Assembly (NCBI GenBank): GCA_904063045.1
Contig: CAJFCJ010000019.1
Coordinates: 3,044,684 to 3,108,683 of the forward strand
DNA from: Dimorphilus gyrociliatus
Lineage: Eukaryota; Animalia; Annelida
Direction of reading: 5' to 3'
DNA length: 64,000 nt
Below, one piece after another: positions 22,287 to 33,600 of the stretch. Under the pieces are notes generated by a model, which was not told where the DNA came from, did no database searches, and saw only the letters and a program-made list of their open reading frames with translations. Numbering within the stretch: position 1 is the stretch's first letter; each line of letters opens with the position of its first letter. The translations under genes were made by a program, and so were the position numbers.

Positions 22287-22730
22287 ATGGCTAAAACCGA
22301 TAATAAAGTCGGCCCAACTGATTGCTATGCAAAATATCTCGAAACAATAAAGAATTCCTCAATGACAGTCAACGACCAAAGCACATTTTGTTCCCGCAGC
22401 CTATCACTCATTTGCTGTCTTATTGTCATGGGACTTTCTCTTGGAATAACTATCTTAATAATTGGTTCTAGAAAATCTCTGCAGGACTTGATAATAATCG
22501 GAAGTGGAGTTCTTATCTTAACTATAATTATGACTGTGATAGTCTTTGTGATAAAAATTAAAAGTGAATATACCAAGTGGAGAAAGAATGAGCGCGTTAG
22601 AAGACAAGCAATGGCTCCTTTTGTCAAAATTAGTGAAGAGACTATTACTTTAACAAAAAAGGTTAGAAATGTACAAAGTGCCGGTGTCGCCAGCGTATCT
22701 GCAATTACAGGAGAGGTCGTTGGTAACTGA
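22287..22730 (+). CDS. Unrecognised small protein with two predicted TM helices (147 aa from the first ATG)
   Basis: Intronless ORF. Two hydrophobic segments (SLSLICCLIVMGLSLGITILIIG; LIIIGSGVLILTIIMTVIVFVI) followed by a basic tail. No family recognised. Confidence 0.6.
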   Translation: MAKTDNKVGPTDCYAKYLETIKNSSMTVNDQSTFCSRSLSLICCLIVMGLSLGITILIIGSRKSLQDLIIIGSGVLILTIIMTVIVFVIKIKSEYTKWRKNERVRRQAMAPFVKISEETITLTKKVRNVQSAGVASVSAITGEVVGN

Positions 22731-22952
22731 ACTAAATGTATTTATTTTTATGGAAGGCAATGAAATTGATGTATCGATAGTTCCTTTCTAAATATACTGT
22801 ATTTATAAATATATCGAATGAAATGAATTTTCTCAAATATATTATGAAACGAATATTATTATAGAATACATAGAATTGTATATTTACTGAAATTATAAAA
22901 TCAAAGTTTGCATTCGTCAAATAAATGTTCAAATGATTGATAGCGGCCATAT

Positions 22953-23831
22953 TTAAAAGTTAGCAAAATTGAAATGGGAGGGAATAGGAGGATTAGTAAA
23001 TGGAGTGAAGTCCATTGGCCGAGGCTGGGTTAAGTTGAGCGGAGCTGGTGTAGTTGATGACGGCACAAACGGCATTTGTAGTAATTGTAAAGGACCCCAT
23101 CGCTCCTCTGGATCATTTTGAGCGAACCAATTTGGCCGGCGATCATCTCGAATAGTTAAAAGAGCCTCGTCCTCTGACCGAGTAGTTGACGTCGATGATT
23201 CAGTAGTTGGTTCAATTAAGATGATGTCGGAACCAACATCCACATCAGAATGTTTGGCTTTTGGAAGATTTAAGGCAGCGCAAACAGAGCAATATAGTTT
23301 GTCGCACAAAGCACAATAAATATTGTAGTTATCTTTATGATGTTCGCAATCGACTGTTAACATCTGCTTCAGCGCTATCAATCTCGAAGATTTCATGGTT
23401 CCAATATATCTCATTGAATGGCCATTTCCTCGTTTTTCTTTTTTCGCTGGAATTATGTCAACGACCTGAATATCATCTTCTTCGTCATCCACTTTTCGCT
23501 TTTTTTTGCTTATTCTTCGTTCATCTACTTTCTTAACTTCAGCCAGGAGCTCCACAATCAAGCGGTTTCGGGGCAATTTTAATTGCCTACCTTCTGCCCC
23601 TAAAGCAGTAGGAATTTCTCGTTTACATTGTGGACAACAAGCCATACTTCTTCTTTCCACTTCTAACTGGTATCGAACATAATTAGAGACACAAGAGGCA
23701 CAATAGGTATGCTGACAGGGTAAAACCCTTGGATCTGTTAATAGTTCCAAGCAAATACTACATTCCAGATTCAGTTTGTTAACCTTTATTGTTACTCTAT
23801 CTGATTCTTCTCGCGAGTCTGCTAGAGCCAT
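22953..23831 (-). CDS. RING (C3HC4) plus B-box protein, truncated TRIM-like
   Basis: CSICLELLTDPRVLPCQHTYCASC...CPQC RING; CEHH-x7-CALC-x4-CSVC...H B-box2; KKRK NLS-like motif. The CDS is intronless. Confidence 0.85.
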   Translation of the reverse strand: MALADSREESDRVTIKVNKLNLECSICLELLTDPRVLPCQHTYCASCVSNYVRYQLEVERRSMACCPQCKREIPTALGAEGRQLKLPRNRLIVELLAEVKKVDERRISKKKRKVDDEEDDIQVVDIIPAKKEKRGNGHSMRYIGTMKSSRLIALKQMLTVDCEHHKDNYNIYCALCDKLYCSVCAALNLPKAKHSDVDVGSDIILIEPTTESSTSTTRSEDEALLTIRDDRRPNWFAQNDPEERWGPLQLLQMPFVPSSTTPAPLNLTQPRPMDFTPFTNPPIPSHFNFANF

Positions 23832-24170
23832 CTGTAGGTTGTTAAGTTATCTGTGATTAATGAAATTAATTTTATTTATGATTTTTACTAATGAATTGCG
23901 CACACGTCTGAATGAATCTTGAAGGTGAGACTTCAAGATTGAATAATTTCCCAGTTTTACCTCATTTAATTATGATACTATACGACACATTCTATGGCTA
24001 CTATTATAATACAAATATTTCGCTTACCTGTTCAAATAATAAAAGAATTTTCTTCTCAAGAGAATTATGCTGTCTTTAAAAGCTAAAATCTTAATAATCA
24101 TTCGAGAAAGACATAGCCGATCGGCCGTTATGAGGCTTTTCAAGTGTTCTCTCTTGTTCTGTTTTCTAAA

Positions 24171-24180
24171 TCTCGCGAGA
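24171..24180. promoter_or_regulatory. TCTCGCGAGA palindrome upstream of the RING/B-box gene
   Basis: Exact palindrome followed by two GCGAGA half-copies (about 24187-24201), in the intergenic region between the cathepsin F 3' end and the RING gene 5' end. Confidence 0.55.
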
Positions 24181-24395
24181 TCTTAGTGCGAGACTGCGAG
24201 AATTGATCAAGCAGCATCGCGCTTAAAATTCTGAATACATTAAAATCAAAATTTTTTTAAACCACGTTAAGTGTTTATTCACTTAAAAATCATAATTTTA
24301 GAAGACTAAATAATTTTTGTATATATATATACGATATATATAGTATAGTTTTAATTACAAAATTATTCTTATAAACGGAGATATATCAGTATGAT

Positions 24396-26376
24396 TTAAT
24401 AAATAATCGCTGAGCTACACATCTTGTTAAGCCCACAAACGCCGGCTCCACGATAAACCAAATAATATCCATGTTCACCCCAAGTTTTTCCCCAGCTGTT
24501 CTTTACTATCCAATAAGGTTCATCTGATAATATAGTTCTTTTATGGACACCATAGCCGACTATTAGAACACCATGATCCAAGCTGGAGGGATTGCAAAAT
24601 ATTTTCCACGGATGAGCCACGCCGCCCATATAGAACTGCATAGCAAAAGCATTTATGCCAATAGATATTGGCCCTTTAGAAACAAGCCATTGAGCCATCT
24701 CTTTTTCGTTACTCGTTATATTCAATCCGCCACTGACATCTACTTTAGCATCCGATTTTTTAAATTTACATTTCTCTCCAGATCCTTCATAAGGATATTG
24801 CGATTCTGTCTCTAACCCTCCAATACTTTTAATAGCCTCATATGCGTTAGAAGGTAAACCGCCGTTACATCCTTCATCTATTTTATCACAATCAACAAGT
24901 TCTTGTTCGGAGAAGGATAAAAGCTTTCCATGTTTTATGGCATATTGCCCTTCTATGTTACCGGTGGTGCTAAAAGCCCAGCAAGAGCCACACATGCCTT
25001 GATTCTTCACTTCAGTCACAGCATTATGAGTACGCCAGTCAAAAGAGGTTGGTACAGCGACGTTAGGGACAACTGCTTCCTTTAGTCGTGCGTCGAATGA
25101 TGTATTCCATCTAGAAGGAAGCATAAATTTTCCAAATTCTTCCTCTGAGAATAAATGAAAATCAGTATATAGAAAATTGAAAGAAAATTTGTACACACCT
25201 GTTAAATCAGCAAATTTCGTAGGACCATAAATAGCAGAACCCTTATCCATTGCTTGCAATATTTCAATTTTTTTCATATTGTCATAGAATATCTTATGTC
25301 TCATTTCTTCCTCTATTGAAATTTTTATGTCATAAAGAAAATAAAGGAAGAAAATTGAAAATTATATTACCTTTAATGCTGGAATAAGTTTTACCATGTT
25401 CTTTCTTGAAAGTTTCAAACAGATCTGTATTTACCTATTAAAAACCTATTAGATAAATATTGAAAGCATGTTAAAAAATCTTACATCTCTTGCTTTCAAT
25501 TTCCATTTGAGACATTGCACACTTTTCCCTCTTAGAAACGAATATTTTTCTTTAAGCCAAGCTTGATGTAAGATTTCCGCATAACATTCTTTTATAGGGG
25601 AATCAAGTGTGACCTTTAAGCATTCGTCATTAACGTTCTGTCGATTTTTTCTACATTTCGTTGAAATGATATGAAAGCGAATTTTGTACAATACGCCGTT
25701 AACAACTTGTTTCGTTGCCCTATCGATATTAGCCAGAACTTGGGTATAGAGGGAATTTGATTCTAAGTTGTGAATCTTAACAGCAAAAGCTACTGCCTTT
25801 TTAACACTTTCTTCCTCCACATCAGCCTCGTCCTCTCCTCCGATTAAGTGCTGTTGATTATGACTTTGGACGAAGTTTGGGGGAGAGCATATAGTTTCTA
25901 TACTTTGTTCTGGAGCACCTCCAAAAAGCAAATCGCTTACTCTGATATTTGCTGAGCATTTTCGAATCTGAAAATGATATTAAAGATATTAATGCTGTGA
26001 TGGTACTTTGTTTATAAGGACAAACCGATTTGGTTGCACAAAGTGCAGTTGATATCACATCTTTTGAACAACTTGTTTCATGAACTGTAAATTTTACTTT
26101 CCATAGCTCAGCTAAAACACCCTGTATGAAATAATTATGTCTGTTAAGTATTTCACTCATTAACTATCAAAAATATACATGTTTTTTGATGATTGATATA
26201 TTGTCCAACTTTAAAGCATTTTCGATCTTGTGTTCATCTGCCCATTTTGTCAAAGCAGTGCGGGCAAGTCTCTCGGCTAGTAATTTTTTGCCTGCCTCAG
26301 TCAATCCATATGATGATACCGTTAAAAGGGAAAGAACAGCTAAAAATATCCACTGCGCAATCTTTGTGGACGCCAT
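24396..26376 (-). CDS. CTSF: Cathepsin F-like papain protease with N-terminal cystatin-like domains
   Basis: Signal peptide (MASTKIAQWIFLAVLSLLTVSSYG), two cystatin-like repeats (second with QVVNG), I29 prodomain (YGPTKFADLT), QGMCGSCWAFS, LDHGVLIVGYG and WIVKNSWG. Confidence 0.92.
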
Positions 26377-26704
26377 CTTCTCTGCTCTAAAATTTACTGA
26401 TTCAAGAATTTTACAAATGGCCGACGTAATAATCCTTTTACTGCCATTTTGAGTTTCTGATAGAGCAAACAATATAAATAGCTTTCTCAAATTTTGATTA
26501 GAATCAAAACAATTGCGCAAGGATTCAAGATCGTATTGAGTTTTTAGACAGTTTTTATTTCTGTGGAAACGAATAAAATACTGCTAGTAATTTCACTAAG
26601 ACGATGTAAAACAATAAAGATAGCCTATATTTTTAAGTCGCAGGCTAGTATGATTTTGTGTATCTTTCGTGCAAAACAATAGTAACAAATTAAAAACAAA
26701 ATTT

Positions 26705-27239
26705 TTACATATACAGAGACATTTGATTGCGCATATCTTCTATAGAGCCAACGCCAAATCTATCTTGATCCTTTTCCATTAGTTTGAAAATTTCTTCCAA
26801 TTGCTTTCTTTGCATATCCTGCTCTTCTTTTAGCTGTTCTTTAGTTAAGCCTTTCTCGATGGTTTCTTTAGCCAAACGTTGTTGGGTTTTTTTTACTTGA
26901 GCTGGGATGTGTCCGCAAAACTCCACGGGATCTTGTTCTAATTTCTTACTATCTTTGATCTCTGTATAATAAGGAAATTTATTCTTAAAAAGAAATAAGT
27001 CATTATGGAAATTAACCTGCTTTCGTATCTTCACCAATTGGCCATTTTTCCACCTTTCCAATCGGTTTCGAAGTTTGTTCTTTTTTTTCTTTTGTCAGAC
27101 GTTTTATAACGTTTTGAGAAATTTTCCACATAACAATTGTGAACAACAAAGTAAATATTGCAGAGGCACTATATAAAAAGGTTTGTGTTGGGGAAATCTC
27201 AAAAATAGCAGAAAAATTCATGGAGAAAAAATTGGACAT
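26705..27239 (-). CDS. MXRA7: MXRA7-like single-pass membrane protein
   Basis: N-terminal TM and C-terminal LTKEQLKEEQDMQRKQLEEIFKLMEKDQDRFG...NQMSLYM, resembling the MXRA7 helical tail. Two exons. Confidence 0.8.
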
Positions 27240-27485
27240 GATAAATATTTGTGATGGAGATAAAATTAATAAATAAAGTTAGTTTCGTATTATTTTCCAA
27301 TCTTCATAGTTTTAATCAAATATGGATATATTTTTTTAAGTATTGTCAGCATAAAACTTTTTGATGCTTCCTTCGAAATAAAAATAAAAATTTCGAAAAT
27401 AAATGGAATTTATAAGCTCCATCTCTCGCAATAAAAAATACCGGTAGCCAATGCCTGACATTGTTTGAAATATAACATAAATAAG

Positions 27486-29848
27486 ATGATTTTGAGAATT
27501 TTAATTTTTTATACCGTTCTGAATCTTTTACATTCTACTTATGTTGTCAGAGATAAAAACAATGAAGAGCTGTTTATACAACCTCTTCCTACAGGACATG
27601 TCTATAATCACTTTCAGTTTACAACAACACTGGATGCTGAACTGAGCGATAATAGCGCTTGTAAGTAAATTTACGGAGATTTGTATTGGCGATTGACTAA
27701 CCTCTGTTCTCTTGAATTTTAGTTCAACATGTGAGATTATTTCCGAAAGCTTTAGCAGAAATAATAAGTGCCTATAAAATCCAAGAGTTGCATCTGTCTC
27801 TAAGTCACGGTCTGTGGAGACATGAAAAATGGGGTTATCCATTAAGGCCAGCTCCTCCTGGAGCAGAACTAGCTGTATGGTTTGAAGATGGAGTGAAAAA
27901 GTCAGTTTTTCTTTATTTAAATTTTACTGTAAATTTACAGTTTTTGTTAAATTCAGTGTTGATCAACAATGGAAAAGTTTTCGAAACGTTCTTGCAGGAA
28001 TGTTTTGTGCATCTCTTAATTTTATGGATACGAAATCCACTGCTATACCAAAGTTTTCTTTCAGGCCTTATGGCGTTACATCTGCTTTTTACGATAGACA
28101 TATCGTTTCTCAATCAAAAAATTTAAGGTATTCAGCATTACCCAGAGAAACTGTTTGTACAGAAAATTTAACACCTTGGAAAAAGCTGCTTCCATGTGGT
28201 GATAAAGTAATTGATAAATTTCGCATATATTTTTGTTATTAATAAAAAATTCTTCATTCAGTTTGGTTTAGGGACCCTGTTGAATGCTCGAAAACTATAC
28301 GACAGTCATTATCATTCTTTATCGGTTGATTTTAGACCAATATGCAGGGTAAATTTATTACTATTTTTAACTCTTTACAATTATACATATTGTATCTTAC
28401 AATAGAATGAATCGTGTCTATCAACAAGTTTGGAGTTGACATTTAGTTTGGCAGTAGTTTTTAATATAGTCGATCACGGAAACCGACCTGGTAAGGAATC
28501 ATTACAATGTATTTGTAAATTTGACACAAATGATTGTTATCAGATTGGTCGTTGAGGGATATGTTTTCCCATAGCTTGAGATCAACATGTCCTTTATCCT
28601 CGTCCAGTAAATTGATTGTGGACGTATCTCAAAACAAAGTAATACTATTAACCTTAATATTAATAAAGACTGTATAACGTTTATTGACAAACTCTGACAG
28701 ACCTTGGAATATTTTTTCAACCTAAGCCCAGCACCAAGTTCTTATTTTACAAAAAATATTGGTCATGAAACATTCAAGTACGCCGTTTATGACTTAAAGA
28801 ATCATTTACAAAACAACAATATTCTGAATGTTCTTGCCAAGTATAATAGAAAAATATTTCGGAAAAAAACTACCAGTCCAACTTTAGTTGTTCAAACGTA
28901 TCAAACAGGCTAGTAATATAACGGGAAAATATTCAATGTTCAAAGTGCATATATGCTATTTAACAGGATATGGAGAGGAGCGTGGAGGCGTAACTACAGT
29001 TATACATAATAATGGTGACAAAGACAGAATTATTGTTTTTCTACAAATAATCCCTTGGTATTTAAGGGTTTACTTTCATACTCTAACTTATAGAACTTAT
29101 TGGGACTCAAATTTATTGGGAAATAGCTCTCGAATAAGACCTCGTAAGCTTAATATGAGAAATTTTACTAAAGCTATTAAATTTATTAATATTATTTTTT
29201 TGTAGTAAAACAAGTTTTCACACCGGGAAAAGATCGCTCAAAGGTCTGCTCAATAGAAGCTGTTCTACAATTACCTCCAAATACAATAACTAAGATACAC
29301 TTTGAACTTGAAAGAGTTCTACTCAGATGGACAGAGTATCCCCCAGACGCCCATCATGGATTCTACATCAATTCTCCAATTATAACTTCTTACGTTAATA
29401 GCATAGAGTACCCGTTATATTTAAGAAGATCTTCTAATTCTTTATCAGAAACCTTGTAAGTTTTCACTCATAGTACAAGGAATTGGTTTTATTTTTTTTT
29501 CCACTTAGGCTGAAAAATGAATCCGATTTCGAAACTAAAACTTTGTTGCGTATTTACTCAGAGAGTTTGCTTATGATTTTACCAACTCCCGATTTTTCAA
29601 TGCCATATAATGTTATATGCTTAGCTTGTACAGTTGTTGCTATTGGTAAGTCTGGATTTACTTGTTGCATTAAGAACAATGTTAAATAAGATTTTTCAGG
29701 ATTTGGATCAGTGCATAATGTCACAACAAGATTATTGGTCATGGTTGATCCAGATAAACCGCATACTCCCATTGGACACTTTCGACATACAATTACTAAG
29801 AAATTTAAAGAAATTAAGGGAAAATTTCTAGCTGGTAGAACTGGATAA
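27486..29848 (+). CDS. PIGT: GPI transamidase subunit PIG-T
   Basis: [63 protein letters not shown] and [15 protein letters not shown]. About 11 exons. Confidence 0.95.
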
Positions 29849-30602
29849 CTAGCATAAATAATGTGTAATAACTCTTGTGATCATCTTCAATTGCTGAAGT
29901 GACTAATTTATATCAATAACTAAAATTAGACAATTTTCCAAAATGTCCAACTTGTTCTCATCTTTCACTTATTTTTATTTATTTTCACGCTCTCAGTAAA
30001 CCGTTAGGGAGTATTCGAGTTTTTATTTCATTGATTTGAAAATTATTCTTTTATTAAATGTCCTTTCGAGTTAGAAAATTCTATGCACAAAAACATTTTC
30101 ATAAAGACAAGCACAGAAGACTTAGCATTCCGATGAACATGCAAACAACAAATTTACATATGACGAAAAATGTTTATAAAACAATTATAGTTAAGGACAT
30201 GTTCTAATATTAGATTGAGATACCATATCCTTTCAAACTGATCCAACATTTCTCTTATAAATTTGCAATAATTACATAAATATATTTGGATAACGCTCTG
30301 ACTATACATGAGTAAAACACAAAAGAGCTAATGCCTAAGCGCTTCTCAATGAAACTCTCAATTAAATAGACTTCTGCAGAAAATCAATAATTTGGTAGCC
30401 ATAAGTTGATTGGAAGATCGCATGCGCCGAAAATGATAATTAAAGGAATGCGCAAACAACTCTCAAATAAAAGTACTAAATTTTCAAATTATTCAAATTG
30501 AGGCAAGATAACACGACATATCGTCACAAAAACCTGTCGAATGATAATAGAATACAACACAAACCTTCACAACCCTATTATTATTTAAAGCTCAGTAATC
30601 AC

Positions 30603-33600
30603 TCAAACTGACAAACTAACATAGCTATTATACTGTGCTATATTTCTCTTCAGAATATCCGAACAGGGTCCCAGAACTCTTTCGAACCGGGATCTATCTA
30701 AACGAACGCATTTTAACTGCCCTTTAGCAATTACTGTTGCTGCCCTTGGCCTATCAAGTAAAAGCGCAATTTCGCCGAAATAATCGCTAGGACCTAAGAG
30801 GTAAAAGAATTATAAGGATATTTCATGAAAAAAAATTTAAGTAGTAACCTAATCGGCCAACTTCAATTGGCTCTTCATTGTCTGATTTTCGTTGCAATAC
30901 AATTGCTTGACCTTCTGTAATGATGAAAAAGTCTTCACCGGGTTCGCCTTGCCTTACGATTTCTTGGCCATCTTCAAATTGAATCTTTTCCAGCGCGTCT
31001 GCAATCGTCATTCTCTCCCACTTATCCAAACTTTCTAAAATAGACACCTTAGACAGAAATTCGTCGTACATTTTTCGCTTTCTGATAGTCGAGCCCTATT
31101 TAAGTTAGAATTCATTGAAGATATATTTATTATTTTTGAAAATTTTTTTGAATTACCATAAGAATACGTCGATAGGAATCTCTGTCAATTCCCCATAATT
31201 TAACATCATTTTTTGCTTTAACTGTTGCAGCTCTAGGAGTACCGTAAATAAGTGCTAACTCTCCAAAACTTGCACCTTCCCCTATTGTACTGACATATTC
31301 ACCATTAACATAAATCTGTATTAAGTATAAACTGTTGAAAATGTTATTTAAAAATGAGTAGAACAGCTTACATCAACTTCACCCTGATCAATAATGTAGA
31401 AGTTATCTCCATCGTCGCCTGTAATCAAAGTTCACGCTGGTTTCTATTATTCGACGATTATTCAAAAGGCTTACCTTGCTGTATAATAACTTCATCAGAG
31501 TGTCTGTTGACTGGGAACATGGCATCAAATATATCACTGTAAAGAAACCAATCAGTTAGTACATTTCATATAAATATCTTAAGAAAATCAACCTTCTCTC
31601 TGTATCATCCAAATGAGCGAACAATACATTTCTTTGAATGGCTTTAGAAAGAGCAGCCATAGTTTTATAATCTTTGGGAACAACCTGACAAAAAACTTAT
31701 ATAGAATGATATAAAATCTCATTATTAGATAAATTCACCTTTTTTACATATGTAGCTGCATCCTCTTCTGTATACACCTCGGCTGACACAGCACCTCGTC
31801 TTGTTCGTTTCTGATCGTAGATTTAAAGCTAATTAAAATGAGGATTCAAGATTAAAAATGTAAATCGTACAGTTTTCGTTTGCTGCATGTGGGCAACCCG
31901 TTCTTCATCCTCATCGCTGACAGTGTCAGTTTGTTTGGCCTGCGCTGGTGGAGTTTGTGTAACCAAAGTTTCTTTCTTTGCCTCTTCCTATATTTATTAA
32001 TGAAGACAATTATATTAAATGATAATTTAAAGCATAAATGAAACTAGAGAAAGCAAAAAAAAATTTGTTTGAAAATATAAATGCAGCACTAAACCTTTGT
32101 ATTATAACTTCGGATCTCTTACTTTTATGCTACTCGAATTATAACTTGACCTTTCAACGCTAGACAGCAATCAATCTTAAATTATCCTCAAACTTTGCCC
32201 CTTTACTTAAATTATAACAAAACTAATTATAAAAGATAAAAGCAGCAGACGGCGTTTTAAACAGAAATCGTTTTTAAATATTCTAGATGGCGCTCTTAAG
32301 GTGATATCATTTTTCAAAGTTGCTTTTTCAAACAATATATGTAAGATAAGGTTATAGCAAGCATTTTAATGTTCTCATTATAACTATATAATTCTTTAAA
32401 GTTTTCTTATAAACATTGTAAATTTAAAATGGCGCTGGGAAATGCACTCCTACTAGATTGACCTTTCGTCAACGGCTTGCTCATTAAATAGCTTCAGGCT
32501 GAAAATAATTAGTTTCTGAGAGAAAAAAACGAGACAATTTTTTTGGAGAAAACAACTTGACCAGTAAGATCAATCAAATGATCGAGTTGATTTTATTCCA
32601 CATATTTCTCACCAGTTTTAGGTCTACATTCGCGTCTGATATCAATCTTCAAATGGAGTTTCTAATTATCTCGGTTTCGCCTGTTTCCTCTTCAGGCGTT
32701 TAAGAATAATTTCCTCTCCTTGCTCTTTTTCTACAAATTTGCTCTCTGAATGAAGTTTTTAGTTTGATGTATAAGATTTTTTTTCAAATATTCCATCTAA
32801 TTGTCAATTCTTTTATTCTTTTTTTAAAATGGGCTATTTGAGCCATAAAATCACTTATGCTGCTATTGAATAAAGGCTTTTAACTGTTTCTTGTATTACA
32901 ACTGAGGGAAGTCGTTCATTTTCCTTTCCTCAATGCAATAAAAGCGATAGCAGAAAATACAGTTAAATATATCCAGGCTTTAATTATCTAACGTATTATC
33001 AAGTCTGGCAACATTTCTTTTTATCAGCAATTTTACGATCGATCATTATCCAAAATTGCTCAAGAGACAAACAGACAAAACGGTCGGCTACTTATTGATT
33101 TTGCCCAGCTTCACTCCCACCAGAACGTATAAAAATTTACAATATCTAGAGTACGCACCTCGTCTGGCGCTTCGTTTTCTTTTGCTTCCACTTCTTCTCT
33201 CGTTTTTCTCGAAAATTTTAAGTTAATCCTAGATGCTAAATTATTCCCAGCATTTGTTGTATCTGTTTTCAACTTATCCAACCTATTGCCCATATTTTAA
33301 ATGCGGTAAAACCTCAGAATGATCGATACATGCCGTCAATATTCCGGAGATATACTAACAAAACTGCAATAGAGAGCGTTGCTGTCTGTAACAGTCCGGC
33401 AGCAGCAGCAGCCGAGAATTTATCATCGCGTCGCTACGTTACTGCCTTCTAACAAACACCGTTCGATAAAAACGGGATAAGAAACAGAAATTACAATTAC
33501 ACCTGAATGATTTAGAGATGTTATTTAAGATATACGTGCTAAATTAAGTATTTTGTTATAGGTGCTTATGATAGCGTATCACGGCCTATTTTGCTGGAGA

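Noticed and set aside
24396-26376. Two cystatin-like domains in the cathepsin F proregion
   Set aside because: Multi-cystatin cathepsin F architecture is already known in invertebrates.
32667-32746. Coding-looking minus-strand stretch ([25 protein letters not shown]) after a cag acceptor in the PKA-RI intron
   Set aside because: It ends in a stop, its phase does not match the D/D or alternative exons, and I found no compatible upstream exon.
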